A stretch of 24,809 nt of DNA from a virus (lineage: Duplodnaviria; Caudoviricetes): positions 1-24,809 of IMG/VR virus record IMGVR_UViG_3300020044_000836, one strand, 5' to 3'. Within the stretch, counting starts at the first letter, position 1. Every line of letters begins with the position of its first letter. This document shows, piece after piece, positions 19,501 to 24,809 of the stretch. A program made the translations under genes and the position numbers. The notes beneath the pieces are model-generated. The model was not told the origin of the DNA and searched no databases. It saw nothing but the letters and a program-made list of their open reading frames with translations.

Positions 19501-22500
19501 AACGAATCGATAACTTAGAATACTACACATCTCTTTCTTTATTGGAACAAGATACCCAATCCTTAAAAATTACAGATTCATATGGATTGGATCGTATGAA
19601 GAATGGATTTATTGTTGACAACTTCACTGGTACAGGTGTTGGTGATAGTTCATCTGCAGATTATTTCTGTTCTGTAGATATGGCGAATAAACAACTTCGT
19701 CCATTCTATACTATGAATAATATTAATCTATTAGAGAAAAACTCTAATGATACTGCAAGAGCATCATCTCAATATAAACTATGGGGTGATATTGCAACAC
19801 TTCCGCTAAATGCAACTACACCACATGTTGAATTAGTTAAACAAACTTATGCTTCTCGTTTGGAAAATGTTAATCCATTCGCTATCTTTACTTTCTTGGG
19901 TGATGTTAAGATCAACCCACCATCAGATGAGTGGTTCGAGACAGAAAGAATGCCAGACATTGTTCAGCAAGTTGAGGGTAACTATAATGTAATTAAAACA
20001 CTGGCTGAAAAATCTGGTGCTTTAGGAACTGTTTGGAATGCGTGGCAAAATGAGTGGACAGGTGTCCCATATGATACTAAGACTACAATTAACACTATTG
20101 CAACTGGTAATTCAGTTGGTAATATCTCAAACACTTATGAAACTACAGCTACATTTATCCCACAAACCAGAACAGGTTTAAATACATCATTAGCGCTTAA
20201 AACTGATTACGAAGAAGTGGCAGATAGAACTGTTTCTACTACTGTTATTCCATATATTCGTTCTAGAAACATTTTAGTGCAATCTAAAGTATTGAAACCA
20301 AATACTAGATTTTATGCATACTTTGATGATATTGATATCTCATCTTATATTACTCCTGCAACAAAAATCGTTTACACATTATCTTCTGGTACATTTGATG
20401 ATAGCGCAAATGTTGGTGGTGTCGCCAGCGAGACAAAACGAAGAATCAATGGAGACTCTCAGATTTGTTTGAATAAGGGTGATGTTATTAGCAACGCAGG
20501 AAATACAGCTTCTGCTGTAGTTGTTGGTAAATTTACAGATCCAGATACTGGTGCTTTAACTTTAGAGGTGTTGAATGTCATAGGAACTTTCAGCGCAGGA
20601 CAAGTTATCACTGGATCTCCTAGCAATGCACAAGGAACTATCGTATCTGTAACTACACCAACTACTCTGATTACAGATAAGAATGGACAACTTAATTTCT
20701 TGTTCAATATTCCAAATACTGAAGCTGTTAGATTCCGTACTGGATCTAAAGAATTAAAACTTATTGATGCTGCTACTTCTACTGGACAGTGGACTTCTCG
20801 TGGTCGTGCGCAATATCGTGCTCAAGGTATTTTAGAGACTAAACAAAAGACTATCAACGCAGTTCGTAACGCTGAATTGGTACAAACAACTATTGGTCCA
20901 AATGACGATCCAGCAGCAAGACAAACTATTGTTCAATATACTGATAGATTAATTTCTAGACAGTGGTATGATCCTTTGGCTCAATCTTTCTTGGTTGAAC
21001 AAAAGGGAGGAGCATTCCTAACTAAAGTTGACATTTATTTTGCTACCAAAGATCCAGCTATTCCTGTGACTCTTGATATTAGAGATATGGTGAATGGAAC
21101 TCCAGGACAAAATGTATTACCATTTAGTAAAGTTACTCTAACACCAGATAAAGTAAATCTTTCTGCTAATACTGTTACAGTTGATGGTGCTCTGTATCCA
21201 ACATTTGATACTCCTACTACATTCACTTTTGAATCTCCAGTATATGTTCAAGAAGGTCAAGAGTACTGTTTCGTTCTAGTATCTGATTCAAACAAATATA
21301 AAGTTTGGACATCTTATGTCGGCGATACTATTCCAGATTCAAACAGAACTATCTCAGAGCAACCATATGCTGGTGTGATGTTTAAATCTCAGAATGCCTC
21401 TACATGGACAGCTGAACAAAACCAAGATATTAAATTTACTATCTGGCGTGCAAAATTTGACACAAGCAAGGTTTCTAGTTTAGATTTTGTCAATGATGTG
21501 GTTCCTTACTACAATTTAGAGAAGAATCCAATTCAAACTGTTTCTGGAACTAATACTGTTCGTATTTGGCATCAAGACCATGGCATGCATGTAAACTCTA
21601 GAGTTAACATCAAGGGTGTGGCTGCTGCTGTTAACGGTATACCTGCAGCAGAAATAAATGGAGATAAAGTAATTTCCAATGTAGATTTAGATTGCTATAC
21701 TATCACTACCACTACCAACGCAACTGGTTCTGGTTATGGTGGTGGATCTTCAGTTTACGCAACAAGAAATATTCAATATAATGTGGTTCATCCAATTATT
21801 GAAACACAATCGTTCTCTGATACTAATATTTCTTATACATTGACTTCTACTTCTGGAAAGTCTGTAGATGGCAGTGAATCTCCTTATGTTGTAGACTCAA
21901 CAGCGACTGGATGTTTGGTTAAAGAAAATAACTATTTCGCTTCACCTAGACTTATCGCATCAGAAATAAACGAAAACAATTTAATGTCTTCTGTTAAGTC
22001 TCTAAATGTAAATGTTAGAATGACATCTATTAACGATGCACTTTCACCAGTGGTTGATACTACTCGTGCTAGTTTAGCGTGTATTTCTAATAAGATTAAC
22101 TATCCTACTGAGGCTAACATTAATGTGGCTGCATTGGATCTTAAGACTGTGTTTACACATACCACTGGTGCGTTCACTTTTGGTAATGTAGGTTCTCCGT
22201 TTGCAGCTTCAACTGCAGTAACTTCTGGTTCCTATGTATACTATAACAATAATCTCTATAAGGTTACTGTTGCTGGTACTACTGGTACTGCTAATCCTAT
22301 CCATACTTCTGGTTTTGCTACCAGTGGAACTGCCGTATTAACATACGAGGGTAATCCAGGTATAATAACTTCTACAGTGTCAGCTGTTCGTATTGCAGCA
22401 AATGCGATAACTGTTGGCAAGTATGTCACTATTTCTGGCTCTACCAGCAATAATGGAACATTCTTGGTGACTGGTATTTCAGATGATGGTACTACCGCTA

Positions 22501-22946
22501 CTATCACTTTCCAGACAACATTCACTGCTGGAGCGTCTAACGCAGGTGCCACTATACAATTGAGAGAGTTGTTTGCTGATGAGATCGCTCCAATTGGATC
22601 TTCTACAGTTAGCAAGTATGTCACAAAAGCAGTTAAACTTGCAAATGATTCTTCTAACCTAACTATTAGATTCGGGGCTAATATTCCAAATGGATCTGAT
22701 ATTCTAGTATATTATAAAGCTGGTAAGGGTGATGCTAAAGCACTAAGAACGACTAAATATACATTAGCTAATCCAGACGCTGCTCTGGTTAATGTAGAAC
22801 TAGGTAATGAGACATTCTCAGACTGCACTTATACTATCAATAATATGACTGCTTTTGATACTGTTGTAGTTAAACTAGTGTTCAGATCAACTAATTCTAG
22901 CGCTGTTCCTCTCGTTCGTGACTTCAGAGTGGTGGCTCTTGCATAA
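16560..22946 (+). CDS. Large virion/baseplate structural protein, VrlC-like / DUF4815 family
   Basis: FN.EPY.DDYD..KNFYRILFRP..AVQARELTQLQTILQ.QI, APGAHR, RTYDESGDY.V, GKAYVRGYEI, NKRYTMRDIGKLEKRI.NLEYYTSLSLLE, KNGFIVDNF, DPLAQSF, FKSQNASTWT. Confidence 0.85.
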   Translation: MIDFNTEPYNDDYDEEKNFYRILFRPSFAVQARELTQLQTILQKQISRHGDAIFKQGAMVIPGQASVETIGQLSKGADYVKLTASYNGVAVETFINNIEGQIIVGSSGLKALIVKVQSAEASDPTTLYVRYLNSGTNNTTKIFSNSEVLTTESGTYSFQAQTSGAIGKGSLATVEKGVYYVNEHFVLVEKQTIVLDKYSNVPTYRVGLLVEETVKTPEQDESLLDNAQNSFNFAAPGAHRYYINLTLTKKSITDTSDQDFVELIRVTDGLVKTIVDETQYSRLAKELADRTYDESGDYTVSSFEIDVREHRNNNRGAWASGVAYLIGDVVTNGANTYFAKNSATSVNVAPVHTSGTATDGSNGVTWEYTEAPVYNRGIYKPENGGDETKLAVGLEAGKAYVRGYEIKKDSTTYVNVDKARTFANAVNAVVPAPIGNYVLVTNVNNLPPIDTLDTITLYNRPTGSGSRGAVPPSSLIVGYARARFMEWHDVLPFGSTSKYKLGLFDVQLNPGYDFARDVKSFYYNISGDPNLSFTADVDPVDTTLNQPLGSVTAAGTTVTGNGTSFQSDLRAGDYISVAGALYRVNSIAGQGSLTLDSSLTATNASYVLVKTKLYETQYAGLVYPLPYSAVRSIRNAGGTSDTSFTVYQKFTATASGTSLVISTAGTFASALETDNFICVDNDATAGGTVFTPTSISITGSNATITVPAGQSGRSITVIAAVIRNGGGYEKTKVLTTVTGALSTNTFTTAATAQASSIILEHADLHRIISIKMAPTVAFGSTPTNAQYTQDISERFEIDNGQRSTHYDLARLTLKPSYSPPTNPFRVEYEYFEHQSGDYIDVNSYSNVDYKAIPANLRDSIDFRPKVANKSVTTNWEFGRRTFSGTGSSLSGCPKRGEDLELDFSYYLSRNDKIAIDPSGKFFSVSGVPAVTPGSPENPSIGMTLYNLGIGAYTFDTSSTQVVVNKVENKRYTMRDIGKLEKRIDNLEYYTSLSLLEQDTQSLKITDSYGLDRMKNGFIVDNFTGTGVGDSSSADYFCSVDMANKQLRPFYTMNNINLLEKNSNDTARASSQYKLWGDIATLPLNATTPHVELVKQTYASRLENVNPFAIFTFLGDVKINPPSDEWFETERMPDIVQQVEGNYNVIKTLAEKSGALGTVWNAWQNEWTGVPYDTKTTINTIATGNSVGNISNTYETTATFIPQTRTGLNTSLALKTDYEEVADRTVSTTVIPYIRSRNILVQSKVLKPNTRFYAYFDDIDISSYITPATKIVYTLSSGTFDDSANVGGVASETKRRINGDSQICLNKGDVISNAGNTASAVVVGKFTDPDTGALTLEVLNVIGTFSAGQVITGSPSNAQGTIVSVTTPTTLITDKNGQLNFLFNIPNTEAVRFRTGSKELKLIDAATSTGQWTSRGRAQYRAQGILETKQKTINAVRNAELVQTTIGPNDDPAARQTIVQYTDRLISRQWYDPLAQSFLVEQKGGAFLTKVDIYFATKDPAIPVTLDIRDMVNGTPGQNVLPFSKVTLTPDKVNLSANTVTVDGALYPTFDTPTTFTFESPVYVQEGQEYCFVLVSDSNKYKVWTSYVGDTIPDSNRTISEQPYAGVMFKSQNASTWTAEQNQDIKFTIWRAKFDTSKVSSLDFVNDVVPYYNLEKNPIQTVSGTNTVRIWHQDHGMHVNSRVNIKGVAAAVNGIPAAEINGDKVISNVDLDCYTITTTTNATGSGYGGGSSVYATRNIQYNVVHPIIETQSFSDTNISYTLTSTSGKSVDGSESPYVVDSTATGCLVKENNYFASPRLIASEINENNLMSSVKSLNVNVRMTSINDALSPVVDTTRASLACISNKINYPTEANINVAALDLKTVFTHTTGAFTFGNVGSPFAASTAVTSGSYVYYNNNLYKVTVAGTTGTANPIHTSGFATSGTAVLTYEGNPGIITSTVSAVRIAANAITVGKYVTISGSTSNNGTFLVTGISDDGTTATITFQTTFTAGASNAGATIQLRELFADEIAPIGSSTVSKYVTKAVKLANDSSNLTIRFGANIPNGSDILVYYKAGKGDAKALRTTKYTLANPDAALVNVELGNETFSDCTYTINNMTAFDTVVVKLVFRSTNSSAVPLVRDFRVVALA

Positions 22947-22947
22947 T

Positions 22948-23169
22948 ATGCAATATTTAAAAGTGCTCGGACATGATGGTTTAGTTAGAGATGTCTCTAC
23001 TGGGGCTATTATAAATACTAACAGCAAAGAATATGAGAACTATATGCGAGCTAGAGCCACTAGAGAACAAAAAGATCTAGAAATTAGTAAGCACGAAGAA
23101 GACATAAATAATATAAAGAATGAGATGCAAGAAATCAAGTCATTAATTCTTCAACTTTTGAATAAATAA
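22948..23169 (+). CDS. Small conserved hypothetical protein with a C-terminal coiled coil (73 aa)
   Basis: ATG at 22948, just after the upstream stop, is more plausible than the 22918 start in the track. KV.GH.GLVRD..TGAIINT...Y..Y then heptads INNIKNEMQEIKSLILQLL. Recognised as the small gene that commonly follows VrlC-like genes. Confidence 0.75.
   Translation: MQYLKVLGHDGLVRDVSTGAIINTNSKEYENYMRARATREQKDLEISKHEEDINNIKNEMQEIKSLILQLLNK
23010..23017 (+). promoter_or_regulatory. Consensus T4 late promoter TATAAATA inside the small ORF
   Basis: Exact TATAAATA within the I-I-N-T codons; further variants at 23103..23110 and 23161..23168. Confidence 0.55.
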
Positions 23170-23193
23170 AGATTGAACCAAAGGAACCCGTAA

Positions 23194-24384
23194 ATGGCAA
23201 CTATTACATTAAGATCGACTAAAGGAAGTCCGTTAACTAATACGGAAGTCGATAATAACTTTTCCAACATTAACACTGAAGTTGGAACTAAATTAACCGC
23301 TTCTAGTTATACCGCAGCTGATGTTTTAAGCAAACTACTTACCGTTGATGGTGCTGGTTCTGGGCTAGACGCTGACTTGCTTGATGGATTAACCACTGCT
23401 AGTGCTAATACAGCATCTACTGTCGTTGTTCGTGATGCGTCGGGTAACTTCTCTGCAGGTACTATTACTGCCACTACCTTCTCTGGTACACACTCTGGCG
23501 TAGCCTCTTTAACCTCTGGTACAATTACTGGTATTACTGACTTAGCAGTTGCTGATGGTGGTACTGGTGCTAGTACTGCAGCAGACGCAAGAACAAACTT
23601 AGGTTTAGTTATTGGTACCAATGTCCAAGCATATGATGCTGAACTTGCTGCTCTTGCTTCTCTTACCTCTGCTGCTGATCGTTTACCATATTTTACTGGA
23701 TCAGGTACTGCTGCTTTAGCAACATTTAGCGCATTCGCTAGAACATTACTCGATGACGCAGACCAAGCAACTGCTCGTTCTACTCTTGGTTTAACTATCG
23801 GTACCAATGTCCAGGCTTATGATGCTAACTTAGCAGCGATTTCTGGTATTGCTACTGCAGGGGGTATCTATACCAAAACTGCAGCTGGTACTGCAGTTGT
23901 TAGAAGTATTGCTGGTGGTACTGGTATTACTATCGCTAACGCTGATGGTGTTGCGGGTAACCCAACTATCTCTGTTACTTCTTATGTTTCTTCTGTTCAA
24001 GGTAACACTGGTGCGGTTATTGTTTCTGTTCCTGTTACAACTGTTCAAGGTGCAACTGGCGCAGTTATTGTTACAAACATCGCTGGTAATGCTGCTACTG
24101 CAAACAATGCTTCTACAGCTTCTGCTGTTGCATGGGCGAATGTATCAAGTAAACCTTACCTAGCTACTGGTAATGTGAACGCAGAAGCTGGCACATCTCG
24201 TGACAGTGGAAGAAGATATAATTGCGGTAATATTCAGTGTAACCAGATCGTGACAACTGGTTCAAACTGTGGTGCGATCACAAGCCCATATGAGGTATTT
24301 GATGCTGGAAGTGGCACTCATCAAATTCGTGGATATTATTCAATTCAGTTTACATATAATTGTAACTGCGCCTGCAACTGCTAA
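23194..24384 (+). CDS. Putative tail fibre protein with a Cys-rich C-terminal tip
   Basis: LR..KGSPLTN.EVD.NF N-terminus, [36 protein letters not shown], two GTNVQAYDA units and two VQG.TGAV units are fibre shaft motifs. Ends YNCNCACNC. Confidence 0.8.
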   Translation: MATITLRSTKGSPLTNTEVDNNFSNINTEVGTKLTASSYTAADVLSKLLTVDGAGSGLDADLLDGLTTASANTASTVVVRDASGNFSAGTITATTFSGTHSGVASLTSGTITGITDLAVADGGTGASTAADARTNLGLVIGTNVQAYDAELAALASLTSAADRLPYFTGSGTAALATFSAFARTLLDDADQATARSTLGLTIGTNVQAYDANLAAISGIATAGGIYTKTAAGTAVVRSIAGGTGITIANADGVAGNPTISVTSYVSSVQGNTGAVIVSVPVTTVQGATGAVIVTNIAGNAATANNASTASAVAWANVSSKPYLATGNVNAEAGTSRDSGRRYNCGNIQCNQIVTTGSNCGAITSPYEVFDAGSGTHQIRGYYSIQFTYNCNCACNC

Positions 24385-24396
24385 GGAAATATAAAA

Positions 24397-24809
24397 ATGT
24401 CATTAAAAATAAAAAGTGGGTTCAAGAAAAATCCATACGGGTTTTCTAGATTTTTCCCTACAGTAGACCTTCAAGAAGTGGAGGGAATCCCTGAAATAGT
24501 TAATGCTATGAATTTAACTAATAGTTTTACAGTTTCTGGAGATACTATAAGATATAAATTATTACTAGATGCAATCGTTTGTTGTGATTTAATTATTGAT
24601 TATAATTTAATTAAACAGCACGCATCATTTGCGGATCAGACATTGTGGAGTATTTCTGATAGTTGCTTTAACAAACATCTAGAACGAGAAGATAAAACAC
24701 AATCCTATACAGTAACAGAAACAGATCTGGTGAATGTTTATATTGAAACTTCTGTGAACAAACCAGAGTGGAGTTCTGTGCCAACTATTAATGGCAATTC
24801 TTTACCTAT
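24397..24809 (+). CDS. Hypothetical protein, partial, runs off the right edge
   Basis: Not in the ORF track. ATG at 24397 after AAGGA; open to the window end: MSLKIKSGFKKNPYGFSRFFPTVDLQEV...FADQTLWSIS...PTINGNSLP. Confidence 0.75.
   Translation, partial: MSLKIKSGFKKNPYGFSRFFPTVDLQEVEGIPEIVNAMNLTNSFTVSGDTIRYKLLLDAIVCCDLIIDYNLIKQHASFADQTLWSISDSCFNKHLEREDKTQSYTVTETDLVNVYIETSVNKPEWSSVPTINGNSLP

Noticed and set aside
22918-22947. Upstream start for the small ORF (MTSEWWLLHN)
   Set aside because: It overlaps the VrlC-like gene; the ATG at 22948 follows the stop and begins the recognisable sequence.
3534-24163. Many short overlapping ORFs inside structural genes (e.g. 13576..13884, 18500..18910, 22256..22624, 23307..23807, 23849..24163)
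   Set aside because: Shadow frames expected from biased GCT/GGT/ACT codon use in well-supported genes; low-complexity translations.
24150-24384. Diversity-generating retroelement variable region at the fibre tip
   Set aside because: No template repeat or reverse transcriptase is seen in the window; it cannot be excluded elsewhere in the genome.
1-24809. Stop-codon reassignment, introns or inteins in the long genes
   Set aside because: Genes tile densely under the standard code, gp2 ends at TAG just before gp54, and no intein or homing-endonuclease motifs were noticed.

Overview
AT-rich segment of a T4-like (contractile-tailed) phage genome covering the tail/baseplate morphogenesis module. 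Order: gp54 (partial, -), gp2 (-), a rearranged gp4/gp48 block, gp53, a gp27-like hub, gp5, PAAR gp5.4, gp25, gp6, gp7-like, a small virion protein, gp8, a 2128-aa VrlC/DUF4815-like protein, a small coiled-coil protein, a fibre protein and a partial ORF. T4-type late promoter motifs (NNTAAATA) precede several genes. Main observations: (1) a 1134-bp segment flanked by a perfect 76-bp inverted repeat splits gp4 and truncates gp48; the junctions look like a double template switch and may be an amplification/assembly chimera; (2) gp5 carries both a GH19 hydrolase and a C-terminal M15A peptidase; (3) small beta-rich modules recur, sometimes nested, across gp53, gp7, gp8 and the VrlC-like protein; (4) the fibre protein has no Cys in its first 343 aa but 7 in its last 53 aa, ending NCNCACNC, which suggests a metal-binding or post-translationally modified tip. 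Gene calls come from recognised motifs and synteny; no database search was run.
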